A stretch of DNA of 64,000 bases from positions 4,960,001-5,024,000 of the forward strand of contig CM120640.1 of NCBI GenBank assembly GCA_051362555.1, given 5' to 3'. The position numbers and the translations under genes were made by a program. Under the pieces are notes generated by a model that was given only the letters and a program-made list of their open reading frames with translations, did no database searches and was not told the origin of the DNA. The stretch is from Lingula anatina. Taxonomy: Eukaryota; Animalia; Brachiopoda. This document shows, piece after piece, positions 50,601-62,045 of the stretch; position 1 is the stretch's first letter, and each line of letters starts with the position of its first letter.

Positions 50601-53600
50601 TTATTTTATAAGCATGAAAAAGACAAGCAGATGGCAACCTACCACCATGTAAACATTAATGCTAGAGGTGGTAAAGAAGTGGCAAGGCAGAGGTTCCTCC
50701 AATCACGAATGAAGTAGGCTAATAATGCTAACGTCATACCACCCACTTGGAATAAGCCTACACATCCACAAAATGTGCGCCATCTTGGTCCAACAAACTC
50801 CATAGGCCAAATGTAGTTAATGTTTAAAAGTCCTAAAATAATTACATTATTTTTTTAAAACAAGGATTTCAAAAGACTTGATTTCCTATTATTCATTATT
50901 CATACATTGCCAATTTTAGTTATTCTGTATACTATGTATACTTCAGTATCATCAAGACACTACTGGGGGGGGGGGGGTAACTTTAACATAAGGTGCACAT
51001 GCATGCTGTTTTCAATACACTTATGCTACATATAATACCAGAGTAACATTCTGTAAATAATATCCAGTGAAACAAGTGGAGTTACTGCAGATTCTGATGT
51101 CAATATTCACTCAGTATGCTTAACTGGACCAGTCCCCATTAAAAAACTGTCAAGCTAATACAGGGGTATTGTTGCTAGTACAGTACATCAGGCCTACCCA
51201 ACTACCAGACTCGGCACTGAATGATCCAGAATTCACCGGTAAATCGGACCACACTACCCGTTTTCAAGGTGTGTATCAGATCGCATTACATAGTATCATA
51301 CCCTGAACAAATGTACGGGCTGCTACGTGTGGTCTACGGCAAAAAAAATAGGGAAAATGTGGGAGTTCGTGCATGAGGAGCACGTCCATCGTGCGACTTT
51401 TGGAGGTCGCACACAGCACGTAGTAACTTTTCGACATGATCAACAGCTGCTATGTGCTATCTAGCTACGTCTTAGCTGGACGCAAGGAACCTAAAAACCG
51501 TGCGTCCAAAACGTAGTTGGGACCCAGGCTTTAGACAGGTCCAGACCAGATCAGTTAAGTATGCCACTTGATGTGAAAAAGGCCAAACATTAAAAAATCT
51601 TATGTCCCCAGTGCTCTCACCTCCCATACAGAAGCCATTCATGAACCTGCATGCTGCAAACAGCTGCCATGATGAGGCAAATGCCATCACAGTGCCAAAC
51701 ACAGAGTTTAACGCTATCGTGGCAAAATAAATCATCTTGCGACCAAATGTGTCCCCCAGCTGTCCTATAACAATTGCACCGCCCAGCACCCCTATCATCT
51801 GTATAGTGGTGATCAGGGTGCCTATGTACTTCTCGGAACAAAGGAGATTCCACTGAGAAAAAAACAAAAAACAAAAACAAAAAACACAATGTATTCACTT
51901 GGGATCTTGAATTTTGACTACTTCAGTAAATGTAAGTTAAAATTATTGTTACCAATTTACAATTTTCGCTTCAGGACAGTAATATAACTATTGATGATAT
52001 GACTCTGTTATGACTGATTTACAGAAAATACCAGTCTTAATGTTATTGGAAATTAAACCAATGGAACAAATGAGAGAATTGTACATCTTTTTGGTACCTT
52101 TTAATCTTTTTTTTTTTAAGTTTGATGATGATAAGTCTACAGATTTGCAAGATACAAACACAGTACACAAAACATTAAAAGAAGTACTTAAAGATCAAGC
52201 CTCACCTCACTTATAACTGATGTAAAATCTGTAGAATATGTATGACCTTCACAGATACCACCATCACTGGTACAAAACCCTTTTATATAGCCTCCAGCCT
52301 CATAGTACTGTGACATATTGCTATCAAGGGATTGAGATTTATATTGGACCATTTCATGTAAAATTGTAAAGTTGATGAAATCTTTAGCACCATCTGAATA
52401 TGTCATACTGTCAAACAGTGTTCCATTTTCTATATGTGGAGACACTGATACTGTACTGTTATTGGTACTGTTATCTGCTGTATTGGGGCAGTACCACTGG
52501 GGTCTGGCACTGATGAAGATAGGGAGTAACATGGTCCATGCTGTGACAACATCACTCAACTGCAGTAGAGAAAATACAAGGACTTGGTAGCCTCTAAACT
52601 GCCCTGGAAAAATCAATTAAGGCAATTATTTAATGCATACAATAGATTTTAGACCCAAATCTAAGACATTTTCCTAGAAATGTTAATAATTTCCCACTTA
52701 TCACTAAGATATAGTGATTTATACCCTATCCAAAACATTTGAGATTATCATAAACCTGTCTTTAAGGGTGCATTCCCGTAGATTTTAGATCGCTCTATCC
52801 CCATGGGGAGTCTCACTAGATTACTGTCAGATACTCCGGCTTAAATGTCCGTTCCGCCTACTACAAGCTGTAAGGGTGTAATTAACTTTCGTGCCTGCTC
52901 GGCTGACAGCTATTTAGCGTGAACCCCCAGGGAGTTAGGTCGATCTAGTTGGATCGATCTAATCTCTGGGAATGGGGTCTAAGTTCTAAATTTTAATTTT
53001 TACCATCACAAGTGAAATTCATTGTGTCTTTCTCCATTGAGAAAGTGGCTCAAAAACTAGATGTTCTGGAAACTTGGAACTAAAAAACAGGTTAAAGCTG
53101 GCCAATATGTGTACTGTATTGGATGAAGCATACAATTTCCAGCAGCTTCTGAGTTAACAGATCTTGCAAAATGGCTGCCCACTGCTGTTGCAGCTGCAAA
53201 TTAAAAACACTGGTTACAGATCTTAATTGGACCATAAATATTGTATTGGGTCTAAGACAAATGCAATGTGGGATGCAGAATTCAAATAGCAAATTATTTT
53301 AATTTTAAAAGCAACATTAAGGTGCGCTTGCATGTTATTTTGTGTTATTTCATACATCTCGGTGTTAAGTGACACCGTAGATCTCGGTGAAGATCTTTTG
53401 AAGATCATAACTGTGTAGCAGACTAAAGCCAGTAGTACAGTACACGTACTGGAATGAACTAAATGACCCCTTTTCCAAAATACCCAGAGGGTTGGGTGCA
53501 TATTTTCTTAGGCACTGACAACTACATGAACTCGGTTTGCCTCAGAGGAAGGTACACTAACGTGAATTTCACTGGAGGACATTTCAACATCTAATACAAA

Positions 53601-53770
53601 CCTGCACCTGTACCGTACATATGTGATTGTGAATATAAGGAACACGTGGTCGTCTCATTTATATATTCAACAAAACATCTTCACACATATATTTTACAAT
53701 TTTAAAATGATTTTGGTACACCAAAGACTTCACCTAGTTTGTCCAATATCTGTTCAAATTCGTCTCCCAT
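47641..53770 (-). CDS. SLC22-family organic cation/anion transporter, MFS fold (616 aa, 11 coding exons)
   Basis: Exons 53770-53734, 52603-52206, 51852-51621, 50832-50643, 50334-50202, 49950-49850, 49326-49192, 48854-48772, 48581-48461, 48191-48119 and 47988-47641; phase-consistent (1851 nt). Motifs: MGDEFEQILDKLGQFRGYQ, SVISEWNLLC, GQLGDTFGRK, MEFVGPRWR, IPESPRWL, YSAELFPTVVRN and LPETRGKPLPD, plus a large glycosylated first loop. Confidence 0.95.
51190..51531. mobile_element. Degenerate MITE in SLC22 intron (Harbinger-like ends)
   Basis: Left AGGCCT.CCCAACTAC vs right GTAGTTGGGACCCAGGCT, an internal CACACTAC/GTGTGGTC subterminal pair, and CpG-rich relative to the intron. Confidence 0.4.
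52766..52979. mobile_element. Palindromic MITE, Harbinger/PIF-like family, copy 4 (SLC22 intron 1)
   Basis: TAA duplicated at 52763-52765 and 52980-52982. Ends GGGTGCATTCCC / GGGAATGGGGTC. Shares GGGGAGTCTCACTA and GATCGATC blocks with copy 3. Confidence 0.75.
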
Positions 53771-55496
53771 GCTCTTCAGTTATAATCTGCATCCAATTTG
53801 CCCTTCAGCAGTACACGACCTTTTCATCTTCTCATCCACGATGTTTACAACGGAAGTGGAGTCAGCCGCCGTACGCAGTTTACAGTTTCGAACCACTTCC
53901 CCTCGTTATGCTTACTCTACCTTCAACCAAGACGGCTATTTCAACGCAACAAACACAATAATCATAATAATAGTGAATGCGACAGTCATCTACAGTAATT
54001 TTTCTGGTCAAAAATAGAGGATGGGTCAACAAAGATAATTTGGAAGACTGTCAGAAAACATTTCTGGATCTGCTCCCGTAAATTACAGTTGTATCATATT
54101 TTGATCGTAAATCTTTGAAGCAAAGTGCACGATTATCCAACCCCAGTTCTCACTACATTGGAACCATACCAGTACAGTTAGATGGATCCAGATTGGGATA
54201 AACTGAGGTAAAATCAGTTATATCTCTTGTTTAAGTCAAAAAGGATTTTTTCGTGATGCCCCCCGCCCCCCCTCCCCACCTCCCCCGACACAGACACGAA
54301 CACGTGCGTACGAATAGGCCTACACACCCTAACATTAGGCCTATTTGCTTTATTTTTCCAATTTTAATAAACTACTATTTTGCTTATAGAGGTTCGCCAT
54401 CCACCATCACCTACATGTAGGGCCTACATTATGACGACAAATATCACAAAATAAGACGAAGAGGAAGAAGAAGAAGAAACAGAAGAAGAACGCTGATCAT
54501 TTAAAAAAAAAAAAAAACGCCAGAAACATAATTTAAAGCTTTTTATTTATAAACACTTTACATTCACTTTTATAAAAATCAAGCATATTATTCATGTAGC
54601 GTCATATCACCATTTCACGTCTTGCCATATTACTTTTGTGAAAAGCACGTAGCCTACCGGTACATGTACAAATAGGCCTATATTCTACCAAAATTCCGGA
54701 CACAATGGAAACACAGAGTGAAGGGCATGTATACTAGATGTATGCTAGACAAAAAAAAATTCCTGATCCCGTCCAAGATTATCAAATTACCATTCACAAA
54801 ATATGAAGATTTAATAAAAGATTTAATAAAAAAAGATTTAATAAAAGAAATACGACTTTCTTAAGCTTGGCAAGTGCTTCATGTGTTTGGTGCCCCGAAC
54901 TTAATAAGCAGGAAAACCACAAAAATCAACACTTGCTAGCCGTCATGGAGACACTACGTGGTACGGTCGGCTACATCGAACAAACATGCAAGACATAAAA
55001 TTAACACACTTTATCAAGTTTGGACAAGATTAAATTAAATATTGTCACACCTTATTAGCTTGTGTCTCTTTAAACTATTGTTTGTATAAGTTAAAGTTAA
55101 ATCCTGTTATATAAACTTTTATTGCTCTTTAAACTATAGCCGGTAATTAATCTCCAGAATCTTTGTTGCTAATACCATGAAAGTAAAGTAGAAGAATTTT
55201 AGCATTCTTTTCTTCCATATGATACTTGAATTATTTTAATTGCCACAATCCCTTGTATAGTACCCGGCTTCACCAGACAGAATAGAGAATCGAACCGTCT
55301 TTGAAACTCCAGAGATTCATGGGGAATTTTCCTCTCTTAAATTCCATGGGTTTTAATTCACTTTCTGTGTTTTTCATCTTAAAATTTTTGTACTGCATAA
55401 AAGATTTTATGTTAAATATCTTTAAAAAATATATGGTGCTTTATACATTAACCAGCAAAATACACTCCCTCCTCCATGCTCTGCAATAGGTGGCAT

Positions 55497-56083
55497 CTAA
55501 CCTCGAAGAAGAAAAGCCAAGACAGTGGGAAACACCATCAAAAGCATTACAAAGGTATTGTGACCGGCTCCGTTTTCTAAAATAAAAAAAGGAAATGAAT
55601 CGGTGCGCAACCATAAAGCAGCGCTCAAACTGGTGATATTTGAGAATAAGTAAACCTGAGCCGATAAATGTATTCAGATAAATGAATAACTTAATTAATA
55701 TTTTCGGTGGAAAAAAACAGCACTTCTCTATTTACATGTACCTTTCGTTATATTTAATATGTACTCGTACATGTAGTTTAAAAAACTTACGATGTGATGC
55801 CTCATTTCCCCTCTCCTAAACCCCAAACCCCAAATCAAGATACAGTCCGATACGAATTGTCAACTTAGCCCCTAACTGTTTAACGGATAACCTGTGTGGC
55901 AGTCACCATGAACTTACCCAGACTCTCCACCAGTGTTGTCTCATTTGTCACATTGGTAGACAGAGTGGCTATACACCTGTACGTCTGTCCATGGTTGGCG
56001 ACCACTGGGGTTATACTGATATAACTGGTGGTGTCACCATAGCCTAGAATTTACATTTAACATTTGAAACATATTTACCTACA

Positions 56084-56158
<75 letters not shown>

Positions 56159-57930
56159 AGGGAAATGTTTACTTTTAAGCAAACAGTTGGCAAGTGTGTT
56201 ATGTATATATATCAAGTTTTTTTATATCAAGTTTTATTTTTGAGAAAATATACACCTGCATGTGTCCTCTTATTGTATGGAAGTACTATTTTCACTAGGA
56301 AAAGAAGTGCGTTTCAAGCAAGAGGATAAAAAAGAACACGGCTTACCATTATTCTGCGTAGCGTTTGATGTTATGGTTGTGGCTTGAGCCGTGATATCTG
56401 TGGTGCCCCTGTACCACCGTAGAGTGGCCGGCGGCCTACTGTTCACAGATACACACGTAGCATTGACGGCAACGTTTTCCTTCAGTGGAGACGGTAACGA
56501 CCAATACGCCGTCAGATTAGTTGGCATAGCTGTAAAAAATCATATAGAAATGAAAATAAATAATATAACAAATAATGGACGTGCCATCTTTTGAAAAAAT
56601 GTTAAACCTGCTGTTATAGACATATGGTGTATTAAAAAAGAGCCACAGCTGTGCGTGTTTCGCATATTTACATAACATCCAAAACTAGCTGGCATGTCTC
56701 CTCGCTATCCCTCGCATCCCTTAATAAATGATAATAATCACATTTACATTTACATATAATCTATCTCATCTACCACACTCAAACGAACAAATCCTCACCT
56801 ATCACATTCAAATGGGCTGCTGCTGTGGCTGTGATTGCGCTGGAGACCTCTGTCTCACACTGGTACAGCCCTTCCTCTGCAACACTGACATTATATATGG
56901 TGATGTTGTAAGTTCCGACGACCGAGTACTTATTAGCGTCCAAGACAGAGACAGAGTCCAAGCTAATGAGGGTGGATGACGCCTTGTCGCACTGGAGACT
57001 GTTAATAGAACACTGAAATAGAAATGTGGCGCTAACATATTGATATGGATATTCTATATCTCTTGAAAAATAAGTGAATTACGGATAACTTATGAATTTG
57101 TTTTTAGATAAATTAAGCAGTTTCACAAGGTATACGGGATTATGTTGATAATTTATGCAAGTTGGCCTGCAAATGGATCCCATGTTATCATAACTGTGCA
57201 TGTTATCATAACTGCGGCTTGAAAAAATAAAGCTCTTGAAAACGTTGATAAGTAATGAGTTCTTGTGGCAGTTAAAACTACAAAAAAAAAAAAAAAAAAA
57301 AAAAAAAAAAGCAACATTTCAAGGCAGAATTATGAATGAAACGTACCCTCCTCCAGTACACTCTGTCGGAACTTCCTTTTCCGGATATTTGACACCCAAG
57401 AGTTACGTTATCCCCGACCAAAACTGTTGAGTTTTGAGGAGCCTGGTCGATTTGAATGGCGTTACATACTGGAAACAGACACGACGATAAGTAACAATTT
57501 TGACCCAGTGTGCAACTTGAAGGAAAAAGTTATTTATACACTTTCCTTTGGAAATGTAAGGTCGAAGTTTATTGTTTCTACTGGCTCAGCAAAAATATAT
57601 TCTAATTTAATAAATACCAAAATTTCAAGCGTATTTTAAGATAAGTGTATGCTATGCGCCCTTGAAAGTGTCCCAAAATCATAACTTTTTTCGTCAGAAT
57701 TAATCACGATTCGTTAAGAACAAAGTTATTTAATTAGAAATGATGCAGTGCACTGAATAAAAGCGGGAAAATTGGGAAATGAGTAGAAAAAATTACATTT
57801 TTCTCGAAAAAATTGTTTTAACGTGAAATACCTTTAAACTAACCTCTAAAACCTGAAAAAATGTTTACTTACGAGTCATGAAGAAGCATACATGTACGAA
57901 GAGGAATCCCAGGACGCGTTTAAGATTCAT
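55497..57930 (-). CDS. Two-Ig-domain cell-surface glycoprotein with signal peptide and probable GPI-anchor signal (260 aa, 6 exons)
   Basis: Exons 57930-57873, 57468-57347, 57012-56799, 56529-56347, 56043-55918 and 55576-55497; phase-consistent (783 nt). Signal peptide MNLKRVLGFLFVHVCFFMTLCNA. Ig1: PQNSTVLVGDNVTLGC...VYW...YNITIYNVSVAEEGLYQC. Ig2: NATCVSVNSRPPATLRWY...NHGQTYRCIA (nephrin/Kirrel/CADM-like C2 type). Ends ENGAGHNTFVMLLMVFPTVLAFLLRG* with no cytoplasmic tail. Confidence 0.88.
56087..56155. repeat. (TA)n microsatellite
   Basis: About 34 TA units in the Ig-gene intron. Confidence 0.95.
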
Positions 57931-59472
57931 ATTGTGTTTTGTCTCTCGATTCAAACTGTTTCCTGTCTTTCTCTGTGCTCGATTATCAGTCGTTTTGACC
58001 ATGGGTTTTGGAAAAGGCAAGTTTATCCCCTTTGTAACAATGGGATCATAACACGAATGTCACCATAGTAAACAGATTAGTCGATGTATCACACTCCATA
58101 ACATGCTGTCTTATTTGTTTACTAATTAATTGCCTGGTTAATCAGTCGTCGTATTTGCCCAAATAAAATTTTCACATAGTGACAAATACATGCTTTCACA
58201 ATTTAAAGTGTCACACTCAACTATTGCTTGTTTAGCACTTAACAACAAGAGATTAGAGGGCTATAAACGTAGTAAATAAACCTAATTAAGATATTTGTGA
58301 TTTGTGGTTTTGGTAACTTGTGTCGTCATGAGGATGGTTCATTGCATTGTTACAGGATGAAACGCCTGAAGAAGTCCAGTGATAATGCAAAAGAGAATTA
58401 CATCTATGTGTGAACATACCGATCAGGTGATCGAAACATTATATTGGCAAAGATGAGTATGTGAATAAATTGTATCTTTCCACGTACTACTATCATGCAA
58501 GTTCGTGGCGGTGTGCCCGTGCTTGAGAAGAGGTTAGACTAGGTCTTGTTTTACATTTTTTTACTCTTTCACAAAGGTATTTCTCTATTTTTGTAGTGAA
58601 ATATTGACACAAAAATAGTTTTCAACAAAACAAGGGCCTCTGTTAGGATTGCCTAAGCGATGCTGTTTTTTGTAGGAAGTCGCTTCTCCCCACCAGGGCG
58701 CAAAGGCTGCTACATGCCCGATTTCATGCATCAAATACAACATATCTATAAAACGTCGGGCAAAGTAAAAAGGTTGTACCAAGATTGTGATATTCCATGA
58801 AAAACAAATCCATTACTTCTTTTTTAGAGTCCAATAATGTCATAATTTCTGTCTAAAACAGTTAACCTTTTGGGCCTTTAAAAGATGAATTTTTAAAATT
58901 AAATTTGATCCACAGTTAAAATTTTATTATATTTCACTGCTAAAACACACCAGTTTGGATATATTTTTAAAATTCTTCAAATATAATAACAATGTGATGC
59001 TTATCAGTCCTTCAGTGAAAATTTAGCCACTCTGTCTACACCGGTAGAAGAACAAGAAGAAACGGAATGTTCAATTCTAGATTAAGAAGAAAGGTCAAAA
59101 TCATCACTGATCCAAACCATTATTCTCCAAGTAAATATTTATGGGAGACTAAGCAGCAAACAGCCTGACTCTAAATGTGGGAAAGGGAACACCACAGTTC
59201 TATAAGCCCAATGTTAACAACCTTTTCAGCCTAACCGTCAATCTCCTTTGTAATGCGTGCTTTTAATGCCCAGGTAAATTTGCTTTTGTGATTTAGACCC
59301 TTTATACATCCACAGGTAAACGAAGAGGCAAAATGGCTGCCGCACCAAAAATATAGTTGGTCGATCCGATCAAAATCGTTAATTAACCATCCTGGAAAGC
59401 AGAATTATCTTGAAGACGATAGATAAGCAATAAGGTCGTGATCGCTTACAAGGTGGACCTGTTAGAGAAAAC

Positions 59473-61937
59473 ATGGCGGCGAAAGTGGGGTGTATGAAAT
59501 ACCTGCTGATTTTCGTCAATTCTCTGCTGTGGGTAAGTGACGGCTCTCGGTGCATTTGAACGCGTTACGTGATATATACAGGTCTACTTGCATGATCACC
59601 TGGTGTAGAAAGGAGAATTAGACATTCCGGTTTAGTTTGGACAAGCTTTTATCTTTCACATCTACAGAGTATGTAGGAAATATATGTATGCGACTCTCCA
59701 AATTTACTAGAATATTTCCCTGGCAGCCTGCCATGAGCAGAATTCACAATGGCAACTGCTTGGCTCTCGTCTCTTCTCTCTCACTTTAGTATGTATATGT
59801 ATTCCCAATGGTTAACTGTTGATTTGGCAAAGAAGAATGCTTTTATTGGCAAAGAAAAGTCCCTTTCATATGTACATATCTATTCTATAGAACTTTGGGC
59901 TATCCTTATGAATGGATGTAACATATACGTGTATAAATAAACATCTTTGAAAATTTCTGTCAAATTGTAACTATGGAGCTATTACACGATAAGCGACTGC
60001 ACGTTGCCTGTCGAATAATGAAAAACAGCCGTATATAAATAGATTCTAACTTTGCACTAACGGTGTTCAATTTCTCCTGCAGGTGATCGGTATTGGTGCT
60101 ATAGCTTATGTCGCCTGGGCTATGGCGACAACCGGATCCATCTTGACAAGTTTTATGTCGGGGTCTTTGGTAAGTATCCCCCGTACTACAGCTCACATTA
60201 ATAGAAAGTCTCTTACCCGCCCCACTTTCCTATAGCCGAAGACGAGTTTAAAAAGAGAATACATTTTACTTTAATTGTCATTCATAGATTTGACACAAGT
60301 CAGAATAGTTACGAAATTGGACACCACGAAGCAGGCTTTATTGATCAGGATATAAAATTTGTTGGCATGAGAATTTCAACTCAACAGTTTAGAATTAGTT
60401 TTGCCAAGGTGTTGTTTATATTGAAAACGTGTTGGAGCGTGCCGGTGTCACAGGTATACAAGTGCCCCTTACTGACGGAGAGATAAGGATTATTACAGAA
60501 TTTACCCCTTTGCAAACTTGTTTTATAAGATAAATGCAACCTGTGTTACACTTCAAAGACGATGTAAGGTCATGCCTGTGTTTCTTTGGTTGATAAGGTT
60601 TGGCATTGACATAAAAAGTCGTTTCGATAGCGGTTTAAGATTCAAGAGGATTATTTTTCGTATTATTTTGGTTGGCTATACCCCGGTAGTGTAGACATTA
60701 GCTTTCAAAATGATACTTAACGCATCGTTTCAAAATGCTATAACAAATTTTCTGTCACAGATCAGTCAACACTTGGATTTCAGCTCAACCACTCCGAATT
60801 AAGCCATGTTTAACTTAATGTTACCAATGGCAAGGATGTATAGGCCCTATGATGGCAATCACCTCCTTGCTAATACTCAAAACAAAACACATTCCTGGAC
60901 GTAACCTAAAGCAATTTTCAAATAAAAATGTTTTGTTTAATTACAATTAAAATTACATTACAAAACCCTCTTTTAATAGTCTCACTTTCGCATATTTTAC
61001 TTACATGTACCTCTTCTATGTACCTTCTGTTCAGTTACCGTTGTCGTTATTTTGTCTACTGTTTACGTCTGATTACATGTCACTTAACTTTTATGCATGT
61101 AACACATATTTCACTCAGATGAGTAAGAAATAAATGTTAAACCAAAATCAAGATAATTCCCTTTTCTACCCATTTCGATAGTTTGCAGTTATAGTCTATG
61201 CATAGGCTCTCTTCATATTGTGTCGCCTAAAAAGTTGTGTTCAATAAACTCATTAAGCCATTACGACTTTGATTATACAGAGAGAAACAGAACAATGACT
61301 TATTTATTGTCCTCCTCTAGGTTTTTACGTACACGCTGATAGCACTGGGAGTTCTAATCTTTATAATTGGTAAGTACAGTTTTAACATATTTAACAGTTT
61401 TAAAATATTAAAATATTTATTTACTTACATGTATAGTTTGTATTGTGCCTCACTTTATAGTCTTTGCTCTAATCCTGAAACACGTTTTTTATTTTGTTAT
61501 TTTGGTATAATTCAAGTAATCGCTTGATTATTTTCAATTTCCAGTTTGAAACATTTTCTTACTGTTCGTTCTATTCTAGGCACAGTGGGCTGTATAGGGG
61601 CACTTAAAGAAAGCACTTGTTCAATCAAATGGGTAAGTATAAATTTTCACTCGCATCCCTCGTGTATTAGTATACACTACATGTATTTTAAAACAGTTTA
61701 GCCTTCAGACTGCGTATTTGGTATTCTTTATCAATTTAATTATATAAACTTTTGATGAGACTGTCTTGTGCTCCTCGATCCTTTTGTTTTTAATTAATTA
61801 ATTAATTAATTAATTATTGCAACCCTTTACAATTTGATAGTAATGACGTTTTCTACTTCCAGTACATTGGTTTGCTTATCGTTCTCATTTTCCTTGAAGT
61901 CGGCGCCGTCATGTACGTTTATATAGAAAAGGACAAG
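59473..61937 (+). CDS. Tetraspanin, N-terminal part (TM1-TM3; large loop and TM4 not found in the window)
   Basis: Exons 59473-59532, 60083-60169, 61321-61369, 61580-61632 and 61863-61937, with strong donors, give MAAKVGCMKYLLIFVNSLLW VIGIGAIAYVAWAMATTGSILTSFMSGSL VFTYTLIALGVLIFIIGTVGCIGALKESTCSIKW YIGLLIVLIFLEVGAVMYVYIEKDK. The tetraspanin signatures C.KYLL..N...W, G..GC.GA.KES.C and the TM3 Glu are present. Confidence 0.92.
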
Positions 61938-62045
61938 GTATGTAATTTGTAAATCAGCTATCTCATCATTTATAATGAAACCTCAATTCCACATGTTGGA
62001 AAAACTGCGGTACTACCAGAGTACATATATAATTTACTGTATATA

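Noticed and set aside
53623-54017. Three overlapping plus-strand ORFs
   Set aside because: They overlap the antisense of the SLC22 first exon and 5' region; no coding signature.
57181-57216. 18-bp tandem duplication CATGTTATCATAACTG(T/C)G
   Set aside because: Simple intronic slippage duplication with no evidence of function.
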